DNA from: Obrimoposthia wandeli
Lineage: Eukaryota
Length of the DNA: 64,000 nucleotides
Assembly (NCBI GenBank): GCA_977020255.1
Contig: CDROCS010000882.1
Coordinates: 1 to 64,000, forward strand
Direction: 5' to 3'
Both the position numbers and the translations under genes were made by a program. Shown piece by piece: positions 30,612-41,735 of the stretch. The notes under the pieces are model-generated. The model was not told where the DNA came from and made no database searches. It saw only the letters and a program-made list of their open reading frames with translations. Position 1 is the first letter of the stretch, and every line of letters begins with the position of its first letter.

Positions 30612-32096
30612 ATGGATTTTTACATGACGATAAAAACAAAAATATTTAAGCGCTTTCTACTGAGCGCTTTATTAATTGTAACTGCTTCAAGCGTAGTTGC
30701 AGAGGCAGATATATCTAAAACGCCAGAACAATGGCGAAGTGTAACCGAGCGTGATATAGAAGCGATTTACAGCATTTCATCATTGAATCATCCGGGTATG
30801 TTCGACATTAACAACCCCTTATTTCCAGAATTGTTAAAACAGGCAAAAGCTGAAGCATTGATGTTATCCGCTAAAGCGAGTGGTGCACAAGCACATGTAG
30901 CGGCAATTGCGCGTTTTAGTACCTTATTACAAGATGGCCATGCTGGCGCTTTTTCAAGTGTTAAAAGGCCGGCTCGACGTTGGCCTGGTTTTAGTGCGGT
31001 ATGGCGGGGTAGTGCGCTAAAAGTGTACTACAGCGAAATCGACAATATCACTAAAGGCGACATTATTAGTCAGTGTGATGGCCAAAACACTGAGGCTTTA
31101 ATGCGTGAACGCGTATTTAAGTATCATGGTGAGGTTGAACAACCAGGGCATTGGTGGAGTCATGGTTGGCGTTTACTCATTGATGAAGGTAATCCGTTTT
31201 TATCACCCTTAAAAAATTGTGAATTTGTTAAACCTAATGGAGAAACCTACAGTAAAGTACTTAATTGGTCTGTAAGGCCTCAAGCGGTAAGAAAACATTT
31301 AACTGACGCTTACAACGGTGATGAACTCTCCATTGATTTAACATGGCCAGCGCGAGGCATAGCGTGGATTGCTATGCCGACCTTTGGGCCTAATGATGAG
31401 CAGGTTACTGATTATAAGAATGTATTTAAAAAAATAGCGACACAACGAGATGCGTTACTTAGCGCCAAAGCTGTCGTGTTAGATCTGCGCCATAATCAAG
31501 GCGGTTCGTCTTATTGGAGCTTAAAAATAGCCAAAGCATTATGGGGCGGAAAAATTGTAGAACAAGAAAATGCTGAACAGTCAAAAAATACACAGGTGTG
31601 GTGGAGGGCATCAAAAGGAAATACTGAATATGTACAGTCGTTGATTGATGTAGTGAAAGATCAACCCGAAATGCATCAAGTCATCACAACCGTTGCTAAA
31701 GGGATGGCGCAGTCACTGAAAAATAATAAACCTTTTTATATTGAATCAGAAGCTGACAAGTTGAGCCAAAGTGAAAGCAAGTTATTAACGAGTGATTTTA
31801 CCACTAAAGTATTTGTTATTGTGCCGCCGCAATGTGCGAGTGCCTGTTTGGGGGCGATTGATGTGTTTAAGCTTTTTCCTAATACCCAGCTATTTGGCGC
31901 ACCAAGTAGTGCCGACTCAACCTATATGGAAGTACGGTTAGTCGATTTACCTTCAGGGTTAGGTAAAGTCATTGTACCTAACAAGGTTTATGTCAACAGA
32001 GCGCGTGGTAAAGGTGATTATTACAAACCAGACATAGCGTATAACGACATTGACTGGACAACTGATTTATTACTAAAGCAAATTAACATGTATTAA
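30612..32096 (+). CDS. S41-family (tail-specific protease-like) exported peptidase
   Basis: Signal peptide, DGH, VLDLRHNQGGS and CASAC catalytic region. Confidence 0.8.
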   Translation: MDFYMTIKTKIFKRFLLSALLIVTASSVVAEADISKTPEQWRSVTERDIEAIYSISSLNHPGMFDINNPLFPELLKQAKAEALMLSAKASGAQAHVAAIARFSTLLQDGHAGAFSSVKRPARRWPGFSAVWRGSALKVYYSEIDNITKGDIISQCDGQNTEALMRERVFKYHGEVEQPGHWWSHGWRLLIDEGNPFLSPLKNCEFVKPNGETYSKVLNWSVRPQAVRKHLTDAYNGDELSIDLTWPARGIAWIAMPTFGPNDEQVTDYKNVFKKIATQRDALLSAKAVVLDLRHNQGGSSYWSLKIAKALWGGKIVEQENAEQSKNTQVWWRASKGNTEYVQSLIDVVKDQPEMHQVITTVAKGMAQSLKNNKPFYIESEADKLSQSESKLLTSDFTTKVFVIVPPQCASACLGAIDVFKLFPNTQLFGAPSSADSTYMEVRLVDLPSGLGKVIVPNKVYVNRARGKGDYYKPDIAYNDIDWTTDLLLKQINMY

Positions 32097-32208
32097 GTAA
32101 GCGATAATAGTCATTTAAAAATGAAGTGAGTGAATTTTATCACTACTTCAAAGAGCATCCGAAGGCTAACAGGGCGAAGAGCTATTTTAAGTGTGTAATG
32201 CAGGTATA

Positions 32209-32454
32209 TACCCAAGCCACTTGAAGATGCAGGATTCAGCAAGTCGATAAAGGGTTAGCACCAAGGCATTGATTGATGAGAATGGTTGTTCCATTGTCGA
32301 AATCAATAACGCCGAGATGACCAGCATCGGCTTAACGAAAGAAACTAAGCTAGAAAACCAACTCAGCGTTGCAGCGCTTGATAAGGGAATAACCATTGTC
32401 TTCGTGCTGCGCCTTGATCTTCGAAGCAGGCAAATCTTCAAGTCGGACTAGTAT
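32209..32454 (+). mobile_element. ERIC-like MITE family 1, copy C (divergent right end)
   Basis: TA-TACCCAAGCCACTTGAAGATGCAG left end, body colinear with 59051; right end GCAAATCTTCAAGTCGGACTAGTA-TA is degenerate. Confidence 0.85.
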
Positions 32455-32616
32455 ATGTCTGATAAAATCAAACTCAGCTAGTAGTTGAACACGGGGATAA
32501 ATGTAAGTTAAAGAAAACGAGTCATAATGCAGATGAAATAGTAAAATCAACAGTTACTGCTGACTTTTACTCGTATCTATCACATTGTAATCCATTATTT
32601 TATTCCTATTGACCGA

Positions 32617-34497
32617 GTGTTAAAACACTCATTTTATACTGAGCCGCCAATGTTGAAAAAAATATTATCGCTATCGTTATTTTTCACCTTAGCTTTAACT
32701 GTATTTTCCTTAAATATTGCTTATGCCACAAGCGATACCTCTATTGAAGCTGAGGTCAAAAATATTATCGAAAATGAAAACCTTGTTGGATTGTCCTGGT
32801 CAACTATTTCAAATGGCCATATTGAGAGCGGTAGCGCCGGCTATGCAAATATGTCAACGCTTGAGCCTATAAAACCTGATCAAAAAATGCATGTAGGCTC
32901 TGTTACTAAATCGGTTTTGGCCATCGGCATTCTGCATTTAATCTCTGAAGGAAAGCTCTCATTAGATAGTGATGTTGAGTCACTATTATCAACACTAAAT
33001 TTCGATAACCCTTGGTATCATCGTTCACCCATTAAGGTTAAAAACTTACTCGATCATACTGCGGGACTAGACAATATCAGAATGTGGCAGTTCTTAAGTA
33101 CAAAGCCTTTACCTAATACGCCATTAAAAGCAGCATTTTCTTCAAACAGTCGTAATTTATTAAAAATAAGAACTGAACCAGGAACGCAATATTCATATTC
33201 CAATATGGGCTATACATTACTTGGTATGGTGATAGAAGCTGTCACCCATCAGCCGTATGAAAAATATCTTGATGACAACCTTTTAGGGCCATTGGCAATG
33301 CATGATAGTAGTTTTGAGTTTATCAGCCAACAAGGTCAGTTTGCAGACGTATCATTGGCGATGGGCTACCATGAAAACAATGTTGCTCAAATTGCTGTTG
33401 CCAGTTATCTCAGACCTGCTGGGCAATTTACTACCACAGCGCTTGATATGGCTAAATTTATGATTTTTTTACTAGGTGATGGCAAAATCAATGGAAAAAT
33501 CTTTGTAAATTATAAGTATATGAAGATGCTTAATCAGCCTTTAGACACTAAGGCACAGATAGCAGGCTTAACTATTGGGCACGGATTAGCGTTTGCAAAT
33601 AGAGATAGGCATCACGTCATAAGCATGTGTCACCCCGGCACAACATTCGGGTTTAGAGCCTATGTTTGTCTTTTTCCTGAAGAAAAAAAGGGCTTTTTTT
33701 ATAGTACGAATACTGATAGTGAAACCGCTGACTATGAAAAGCTTAACAAACTATTTATCAATGGTTTAAACGTATCTTTAGCGCCAATTGTTAAGCCTAC
33801 AGACAAGCAAGGTGAGCTCTCAGCGTTACATGGCATTTACCTACCATCGCCTAATAATATGGTTGAATTTGAATTCATTGATATGCTGTTTAATTTTATT
33901 TGGTTAACACAATCAAATGAGCAACTGCTGATTAAATCACTGCAAAATACTGATAGACGATTAGTCCAAATTGATGAAGGCTTATTTAGAGACGTAAATC
34001 GGACACAAGCCTCTCACGTTATTTATACTGAAGATGAAAACCGCTTATTTATCAGTGATGGCCTTAAAACTTTTGAAAAAAACTCTGGTATAACACTATT
34101 ATTTTATTGGTTAAGTTTACTTTTAGGTTTGCTTGCGCTGTTTTATGTTTTTATAGTCGCTCTGATCAGAATAGCCAAGCGCGATAAAGATGGTTTTGGG
34201 CGTATTAAATGGGCATTCATAAATATGACACTGTTTAGCTTACCTGTATATTTCTATATGAATCAATCTTTTCTACAGTTTGGCGACATTACCGTGGCCA
34301 GTATTTGTTTAGCCTATTTATCAGGACTTTTACCCCTCACACTTTTGTTTTCTTTATGGGCTTCAGTATGGGAGTATTTAAAAGGAAAATCACACGGTAA
34401 GTTCATAATATTGGACATCATTTCACTTATAATGTCAGTACAATTTTGTTTAGTATTAATTGCTTGGGGCCAACTCCCAATTATATTTTGGCAGTAG
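32617..34497 (+). CDS. Serine hydrolase (beta-lactamase/class C-like) with C-terminal membrane helices
   Basis: SVTK (SxxK), YSN, LLDHTAG and HPG motifs; hydrophobic C-terminal segments. Confidence 0.85.
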   Translation: MLKHSFYTEPPMLKKILSLSLFFTLALTVFSLNIAYATSDTSIEAEVKNIIENENLVGLSWSTISNGHIESGSAGYANMSTLEPIKPDQKMHVGSVTKSVLAIGILHLISEGKLSLDSDVESLLSTLNFDNPWYHRSPIKVKNLLDHTAGLDNIRMWQFLSTKPLPNTPLKAAFSSNSRNLLKIRTEPGTQYSYSNMGYTLLGMVIEAVTHQPYEKYLDDNLLGPLAMHDSSFEFISQQGQFADVSLAMGYHENNVAQIAVASYLRPAGQFTTTALDMAKFMIFLLGDGKINGKIFVNYKYMKMLNQPLDTKAQIAGLTIGHGLAFANRDRHHVISMCHPGTTFGFRAYVCLFPEEKKGFFYSTNTDSETADYEKLNKLFINGLNVSLAPIVKPTDKQGELSALHGIYLPSPNNMVEFEFIDMLFNFIWLTQSNEQLLIKSLQNTDRRLVQIDEGLFRDVNRTQASHVIYTEDENRLFISDGLKTFEKNSGITLLFYWLSLLLGLLALFYVFIVALIRIAKRDKDGFGRIKWAFINMTLFSLPVYFYMNQSFLQFGDITVASICLAYLSGLLPLTLLFSLWASVWEYLKGKSHGKFIILDIISLIMSVQFCLVLIAWGQLPIIFWQ

Positions 34498-34862
34498 TTT
34501 GTGTGATTCATATCTTCAAGTCGAATCGATTCTACTAATAGGTCCCTCATTTTATTTATAAGCGTTTAAGCACCACTTTCTAAAAGTTTTAGTTACTGCT
34601 TTTACAGAAATTATAAGTTAATAGGACATCCATCCTAAATTAGTGTCCCTCATCTATAAAACTTATCTTATACAATCCGCTTAGCCACCAAAGCAGTCAT
34701 TGCATTACTCTAATTCGTTAGTAAGCTACACTATAAAAACAAAGACTACCTCAATGTATTGATTTAACGAATTTTTTATATTTTTTATTAATTATTTAGT
34801 ATATGAATTCACTTCTTACTGCTTTAGAATTATTCTTATTTCGAATATTAAAGGATTAAATT

Positions 34863-37481
34863 ATGACTCCAGTGGAAAGGATAGTTGATTGGGTTTCAGA
34901 CAAGCCAATTTGGTGGCACTTAGCTATCAAAATTACTCTACAAAATGGCAGTTTAACTGATGATAATATTCAGTTTCTCTTTAACACCGCGCAAGGCGAA
35001 TACGGTCTAGTCCCAAAACACCTCAAGTATGATTCTTTCACCTCCCCTATAGATATTACGGGTTTTACATCAGAAGAATATTCAGTAAAGCTAAATACCC
35101 TGAGTGGTGTTGAAGGTGTGGCGGCTCTGGCTGAGCAACAGTGCCTTGCTTTTGAGCCTAATGGCTTAACTATTGGTTATGGTGATAATGGTGCTGGAAA
35201 GTCTAGCTATGCAGCCATTTTAAAACATGCATGCTTAACTAGGGGATCTTTAAAGCCTATTGTCGGTAATGTCTTTTCTGCCAATAACAAGCAACCTCAA
35301 GCTTTACTAACTGTCGAGGTAAATGGCGCTAGCAAGTATTAACTGGACTCCTGATTCTAAGCCAGATAAAGATGCCAAATCGATTAGGGTATTTGATACT
35401 GCGTCTGCTCATCATTACTTATCAAGTGAAGATACATTAGGCTATAAGCCAGTTGGCTTAAACCTTCTAACTGAATTGACTAAAGCTGCTGATGGTATAA
35501 AAAGGCTGATCGAAGAAGATACCATGGGGACTAATGGTTTAGTATCGATATCTCCCCTACCATCAGGTAGTCCTGCATCTGTATTTTTAAAGTAAGCTAT
35601 CAGGCTTAGAAACTGAGCAAGAGGTTAATACTCATTGTGCAACTCAAGAAGAGATAGGTTCTATTGAAAGTCGAAAAACCGAGTTAATTCAATACAAAGC
35701 TCAATCCGCAGCTCAAATTAAGGCTGGTTTACTAAGTAAAAAGCAGTTATTGACTCCTCTAGCTAACTTTTTTTCATCACCACTAAAATTACTGAATGTA
35801 CAAGAATTTGACCGGCTTAAGCAACTTGAGCTTGATGTGATTGCTAAGCAAGAAATTGTAGATAAATTGAGATTACAAACACTATCTAATCTACCTTTTG
35901 AAAATATTTGCAACTCTGAATGGAGTCAATTATGGGCTGCTGCAAAAGCGTTTATCCAAGAAGAAGGCAAAGAGCTTGAATTCCCGCCAAATACAGGAGA
36001 CTCATGTCCATTATGTTTGCAGGATATAGGAATAGACAGCGCCAGCAAGTTAAAAGAGTTTGAAGCCTTCATACAAAATAGTGCAGCAAAGGACGCAAGG
36101 GCGGCATCTCAAGCACTGACAATAGCTAAACAAGCAGTAAACACGGTAAATCTTAACGTTAGTCAATATGAAGCGGCTCTTAATGAGGCGGAACACATTA
36201 AAAGTGGGCTTAAGAAAGTTAGATTAAATGAATTTGTAACTCAACCGAAAGAAAGAAAATTTTTTTAATTAAGAGACTACCAGCTTCTTTGGAGGGATTT
36301 GGTCTTTCGCCATATACAGATTTAACAGGTTTAATTACTGAATTGGATCAAGAGATTGGCAAAATTACTAACGATGATAACCAAGCTAAGTTCATAGCAC
36401 AAAAAGATGCTGACCTGACTGCTATACAAGACAGGAAGTACATTGCAGATCACCGAGATAATATTCTCAGTAATATAAAAAGGCTTCATACTGTTGCTAT
36501 GCTGCAACAAATAAAAAATGAGTGTAATACTCGTAGTGTATCTACTTTATCCTCTAGCATTTATTCTGATGGGGTAATTGAGCCATTAAAGCAGTCATTT
36601 CAATCAGAGCTTAATGCCTTTGGTTTCAATAGGTTTACCATCGAAGTTAAAACTAGGAATAAGGGTGGCCATCAACAGTTCAAGCTACATCTATCTAACT
36701 CAGGGGAGTCAGTAGTGGCTAAAGTTGCTAGTGAAGGCGAGCAACGATGCATAGCTATTGCTAGCTTCTTAGCTGAAATGAAAGCTGATGCTAGGGAATC
36801 TGCGGTAATATTTGATGACCCGGTAAATTCCTTGAGTCATCAATGGAGTGCTAGAGTAGCGGACAGGTTAGTAACGGAGTCATTAGAAAGGCAGGTAATT
36901 ATATTTACCCATGATATTGTTTTCTATAAGTTACTACTAGAAGCATCTGAGAGGTTATCACAATACAATATCGGTTACATAAGCCTAGAGCGATCGAGAG
37001 GTACATGAAAAACTGGTTAAGCTCAAATCCGCCTTGGGACGCTTTAACGACTAGCAAACGTATAGGGGTTTTAAATATCGAATTACAAAACTTGAGAAAT
37101 ATAGATGCTAATGGAACTGAAACAGAGTTTAGGGATGCTACTCGACCATTTTATAGCTTGCTAAGAGAGGCTTGGGAAAGGTTAGTTGAAGAAAAATTAC
37201 TCAACAAAGTAGTTAACAGGTTTGAGCGTGGTATACACATTCAGCGCCTAACTCGTCTAGACGATATAGCACAGGTTGATTTTGATACGATTAATTCAGC
37301 TTATGATAACTGCTGTAACAACTTTAGTGGTCACGATACATCTACAGGTATGGGGCATCCATTTCCTACAATTGATGAAGTGGCTAGAGATCTAAAAGCC
37401 ATTAAGCTTTACTTAGCTCACTTGCAAAAAGATAGAAAGCGAACATCAACCTGCCATTTCAGCGTCAGTTATAAGAATTAA
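34863..37481 (+). pseudogene. Fragmented Rad50/SMC-like ABC-ATPase with zinc hook, RloC-like (putative defence protein)
   Basis: The fragments join into one ~870-aa protein: Walker A GDNGAGKSS, CPLC hook, SEGEQ signature, IFDDPVNSL Walker B/D-loop, H-loop FTHD, and a C-terminal LREAWERLVE...SGHD domain. Frame changes near 35340, 35590, 36265 and 37005. Confidence 0.75.
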
Positions 37482-37707
37482 TCCGAACGGCAGCAATGAG
37501 CTTAAAGCTGCCCTAAAAGCTAGCAGGTTTTTAGGGCATTATTTAGGGAGGGGAGTTCCCATGCTATTTGTGAAGTTTTTTATAGTTTTATCACTATTTT
37601 GACGTGAAAATTTCAATGAATTCCCTCCAATCTTGCTTCAGTTCATAAAACCTTGCTCAAGAATCATTATAAGCTATGACGATCCACATAAGAGGAAATG
37701 ATAGTTA

Positions 37708-37742
37708 AGTACAAGAGTTGTAAGCAGATAAACTCTTGTACT
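37708..37742. repeat. 12-bp inverted repeat, possible terminator
   Basis: AGTACAAGAGTT / AACTCTTGTACT with an 11-nt loop. Confidence 0.55.
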
Positions 37743-37870
37743 GGCTATTTGACCACACAGGTCATAATGAGGTTGTAGAATGCCTCTGGCAGCCGATTCA
37801 AGTGATTGTAAAATAAATAACTATTACTTAGGTTTCAAATTTAAAGGGAAAAAGTTTTATTTTTCTGATT

Positions 37871-38293
37871 CTATCGGTTGACCGAATAGTCACCACCTTG
37901 GGTTTTACTTAAATCGACAACGACTGGCTTTCCACCGAAACCATGCTTATTGCACTTTGCTCGAACGATGACTTTAGTGATCTGTGAGGGTATTTTGATA
38001 TTGCACTGACTACGTGTAAAGGGCTGTTCATTATCATGAGGGTGACCAAGCACACGTTGACCAAGCTGATTGCCTTCTAAGTCTGTGACTTCCCAACCAT
38101 CCGCATAATGCTCCCAACTTTGGTCATTGTGGCGAACGGATGTGTCAAAGCACCAGTTATCGTTGGATCGTTGGCGCGCATTAACATGAGTGACCTGAGC
38201 AAAATCTAAAGAGGTAACATATTTAGAAATATCAGGTGCTGATGCAAATACAGATGCTGTAAATATGGATAATATCGGCAATAACTTTATCAT
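37871..38293 (-). CDS. Exported hypothetical protein
   Basis: Signal peptide; HYADGWEV and LGHPHDNEQPFTRS conserved-looking motifs. Confidence 0.75.
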   Translation of the reverse strand: MIKLLPILSIFTASVFASAPDISKYVTSLDFAQVTHVNARQRSNDNWCFDTSVRHNDQSWEHYADGWEVTDLEGNQLGQRVLGHPHDNEQPFTRSQCNIKIPSQITKVIVRAKCNKHGFGGKPVVVDLSKTQGGDYSVNR

Positions 38294-38361
38294 GTGAGTA
38301 GTCTCATATTTTATTTTTATGTATTGATGGATGTTAACGGTGCGTTATATTTTTAAACGTC

Positions 38362-38919
38362 TTATATTTTAAGGTATTCAGATTTAATTAAGCCAAAGCA
38401 TTTAAGGTCATGAAATTTATTTTTCCAGTAGCCACTTTGGCGCCTAATACCTTCCTCCTTGAAACCAACGTTTAAAAGCAGTGATTCTGAGGCTAAGTTC
38501 CCCGTTACTGTATCACCTTGAATGCGATTAAGTTCACCACAAGGTAATTCACCTGAAAATGCCGCGTTAACGATGCGATGAACCGCTTCACTGGTAAACC
38601 CCATACGCCAATATTTAGGTAATAAATCATAACCAATAACGGTTGTTTTCATTTTAGGACTCCAAGTGCTGAAGCCGCAAGTACCGATAAAGGTATTACA
38701 TTTTTTCAGGCGAATTGCCCAGCGAATACCTGAGCCATTTTCGAAACGCGAGTTAAAAAGTTCTATTAAATTATTGGCTTGTAATAAATCAGTAAAAGCG
38801 TCTAGATCATAATACTCGACAACTGAATTGTCTGAAAACAACTCAAATATGTTACTTGAATCATCGTTAGATAACTTATCTAACCTTAAGCGTTTTGTCT
38901 CTAGTATGGGAAATAACAA
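38362..38919 (-). CDS. GNAT N-acetyltransferase, RimJ/RimL family
   Basis: LETKRLRL, IGTCG, YWRMG, NLASESLL and GFKEEG. Confidence 0.9.
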   Translation of the reverse strand: MLFPILETKRLRLDKLSNDDSSNIFELFSDNSVVEYYDLDAFTDLLQANNLIELFNSRFENGSGIRWAIRLKKCNTFIGTCGFSTWSPKMKTTVIGYDLLPKYWRMGFTSEAVHRIVNAAFSGELPCGELNRIQGDTVTGNLASESLLLNVGFKEEGIRRQSGYWKNKFHDLKCFGLIKSEYLKI

Positions 38920-39051
38920 TATAAATCCTCCGTGAAATATAGCGTCTAAATAATAAGTAAAAATTTAATGAATACTCAACTAAAGAGGCTGTGTGCTGCT
39001 TTAGCTAAGTACTCTGTTTAGCCTAAAAAAGTTTAATCTCGAAAGTTATCA

Positions 39052-40746
39052 TTATGGTGAAATAATAAGAGATTTACCTCTACCGCCTAATTCTGCAGCG
39101 GCATCTAACTTTTGTTCGTTGGCAATGATCAGTTGCACATAACCAAACCGACCTTCTTTCAGCGTATAACCCATTCTTTTAAGGGCTGACTTTTCCTGTT
39201 CAGCGAGACCAGGATAATGTTTTATCACATCCTTAGGCAATAATTGGTGATGGAATCTAGGTGTATTTGCTGCTTGCTTAGCGTTCATGCCAAATTCGAT
39301 GACATTAAGAATTGACTGATAAACCGAACTAATAATAGTGGTGCCACCAGGTGAGCCAGTAACCAATTTAACCTGATCTCCTTTCAATAAAATAGTCGGG
39401 GTCATTGATGAAAGCATGCGTTTATTCGCTTGTATTTCATTGGCTTCGCCGCCCACCGCACCATAAATATTGGCGACACCGGGTTTAACACTAAAGTCGT
39501 CCATTTCATCGTTAAGAATAAAGCCTGCACCGTCGACCACAACACCACTACCAAAGGTATAGTTAATTGTGGTGGTATTTGATACGGCATTACCCCATTG
39601 GTCGATAATTGAAAAGTGTGTTGTGTCGGGACTTTCTTTTAGACCCGGTTTAATGTTTTTTGTGACTGAAATACGGTTGTCGGAAATATCACTGATACGT
39701 GATGTTAAGTAACTATCATTAAGTAACTTTTCTTGTGGTACATCGAAAAAATCAGGATCGCCCAAGTATTCAGCTCGATCAGCAAAAACACGTTTACCAA
39801 TTTCAGCTAAGCGGTGAATATATGTGGTGGAATTATGCGCTAAGGCTGGTTTATTTTCTGAGAGCAAGTCGTACATTTTTAACCACTGCAAAATAGCAAT
39901 GCCACCCGAGCTTGGCGGCGGGGCGGTTAATACTCGATGGCCACGCCAAGACTTCTCTAATGGTTTACGCCATGTTGCTCGGTAATTTTTTAAATCATCG
40001 TATCCAATAATACCGCCATGTTTTAACATGAACTCTGTAATTATTTTTGCCGTTTCCCCCTGATAAAAACCATCACGGCCTTGATCCGCAATACGCTGTA
40101 GTGTTTTTGATAAATTAACTTGTTTAAATAAAACACCTGTTTTTGCTTGAGCAAAGTGCGTCGAAAAATTTACCTTTATATTATCTTCTTCAAAGCTACT
40201 CATGCGCCACTGAATGTTTTCGGCAAGATTTTTATCTACAATAAACCCGTTTTTTGCTAGGTTTACTGCAGGCATTACCAATGACTTCCATGGCAGCGAA
40301 CCATATTTTTTATGGGCTTGCCACATACCATCAACGGTGCCCGGCACGCCGGAAGATAAAACGCCATAGAGTGATTGAAAGGGGATAACATCGCCGTTTT
40401 CATCTAGATACATATCACGATGTGCTTTCAACGGCGCGACTTCACGATAATCTAAAAAGTCGGCTTGGTTATCTTTATAAATCATCATAAAACCGCCACC
40501 GCCAATATTACCAGCTTCAGGGAAAGTAACAGCTAAAACAAACTGGGCCGCAATGGCCGCATCGACGGCATTTCCGCCTTGCGCTAGTATATTAGCGGCG
40601 ACATCAGCACTAAAACTATCGGGCATGGCTACACCCGCTTGCTGTTTCACCTGCCGCTCTTGGGCATAAGATGGTGACATGTGAGCTAGCGAATACGTTA
40701 ATAACGTAATTGAAATAAGTAATTTTTTTATCATCTTGACGAGCAC
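39052..40746 (-). CDS. ggt: Gamma-glutamyltransferase
   Basis: GGNAVDAAIA, DYRE, GVPGTV, TTHFS nucleophile Thr, LNDEMDDF, SSMTP and GSPGG. Confidence 0.96.
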   Translation of the reverse strand: MLVKMIKKLLISITLLTYSLAHMSPSYAQERQVKQQAGVAMPDSFSADVAANILAQGGNAVDAAIAAQFVLAVTFPEAGNIGGGGFMMIYKDNQADFLDYREVAPLKAHRDMYLDENGDVIPFQSLYGVLSSGVPGTVDGMWQAHKKYGSLPWKSLVMPAVNLAKNGFIVDKNLAENIQWRMSSFEEDNIKVNFSTHFAQAKTGVLFKQVNLSKTLQRIADQGRDGFYQGETAKIITEFMLKHGGIIGYDDLKNYRATWRKPLEKSWRGHRVLTAPPPSSGGIAILQWLKMYDLLSENKPALAHNSTTYIHRLAEIGKRVFADRAEYLGDPDFFDVPQEKLLNDSYLTSRISDISDNRISVTKNIKPGLKESPDTTHFSIIDQWGNAVSNTTTINYTFGSGVVVDGAGFILNDEMDDFSVKPGVANIYGAVGGEANEIQANKRMLSSMTPTILLKGDQVKLVTGSPGGTTIISSVYQSILNVIEFGMNAKQAANTPRFHHQLLPKDVIKHYPGLAEQEKSALKRMGYTLKEGRFGYVQLIIANEQKLDAAAELGGRGKSLIISP

Positions 40747-41109
40747 TGTTTTTATTATGTGCTGCTAGATTAACGCGTTGATAAAAAAAGTACAGAGTTA
40801 AGAGAGTAATAGTATTAAAACAAAAACTTAGAACATGAATTGGTGTTATCACTCTAGCATATTATTTAATTCTGTAATGCAACTTTCTAGAAAGTGTATT
40901 TGCATCGTCCATTAATTAAGTTGTTGATGAAAAGTGGTAAGTAAAGTGATTTAAGTTAATGTTTTAGTAATTATTTTTCAAAGTTACAGACGCGACATCA
41001 GAAAATTATTAAGTAAGATGATATCGCTTAATTGCAACATTTAAGTCAGTGCTTAGGGTAAGCATTTTAAAAATGTAATCCACAGCAAAAGCTTAAATCA
41101 ATAAACATA

Positions 41110-41161
41110 TACCCGCTCTACTTCAAGATGCAAAAACATGAACTTTGAAGTGGTTCGGGTA
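41110..41161. mobile_element. 52-bp minimal ERIC-like element related to family 1
   Basis: TA-[TACCCGCTCTACTTCAAGATGC-AAAAACAT-GAACTTTGAAGTGGTTCGGGTA]-TA. Confidence 0.75.
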
Positions 41162-41219
41162 TAGTCTGGGGACGATTTATAAACAACAATCTAGCGTAAT
41201 AAACACAAATGCTATGGCG

Positions 41220-41735
41220 TTATAACAGCTCAGCGACAATACGTTTTAGTAGGAAAGTTTCTCTTTCAATCGACAAGCCTTTTTTGTCACTATTTTTTAT
41301 CACCAATTCATTATGGCTAATCGCTTGATGAATATTCATCCAAAGTGGTTGCATGCCATTTCGTAATTCATGAGCTTCAAACTCTGGTGCTAACAGTTCT
41401 TGATCTATATTGCAGGTGTAACAATAAGACAGCATGTGAATAACATCGTAGTCATCTTTGTACCAATTTCGATATTCTTCATAGCAGCCAAAGGCTTTAA
41501 TGTTGGTGACATTTTGCGCGCCAGTTTCTTCACGTAATTCGCGAATAAGGCCAGTAATATTGTCTTCGCCTTCGTCAATGCCACCGCCAGGTAAGCTGTA
41601 ATCGTGATAGCGCTTAGTATAAAGCAGTAAAATACTTTCGCCGTTCATAACAATGGCACGAGTGGCTTTTCGTGTGAAGTGATGACTTTTGTTCGGGTGT
41701 AAATCGGTGACTTGGGTAGACTTTAATAAGCGCAT
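41220..41735 (-). CDS. NUDIX hydrolase
   Basis: Nudix box GGGIDEGEDNITGLIRELREETG. Confidence 0.93.
   Translation of the reverse strand: MRLLKSTQVTDLHPNKSHHFTRKATRAIVMNGESILLLYTKRYHDYSLPGGGIDEGEDNITGLIRELREETGAQNVTNIKAFGCYEEYRNWYKDDYDVIHMLSYCYTCNIDQELLAPEFEAHELRNGMQPLWMNIHQAISHNELVIKNSDKKGLSIERETFLLKRIVAELL

Noticed and set aside
34624-34648. GGACA...TGTCC hairpin considered as an IS end
   Set aside because: Only a 5-bp stem, with no partner end or transposase nearby.
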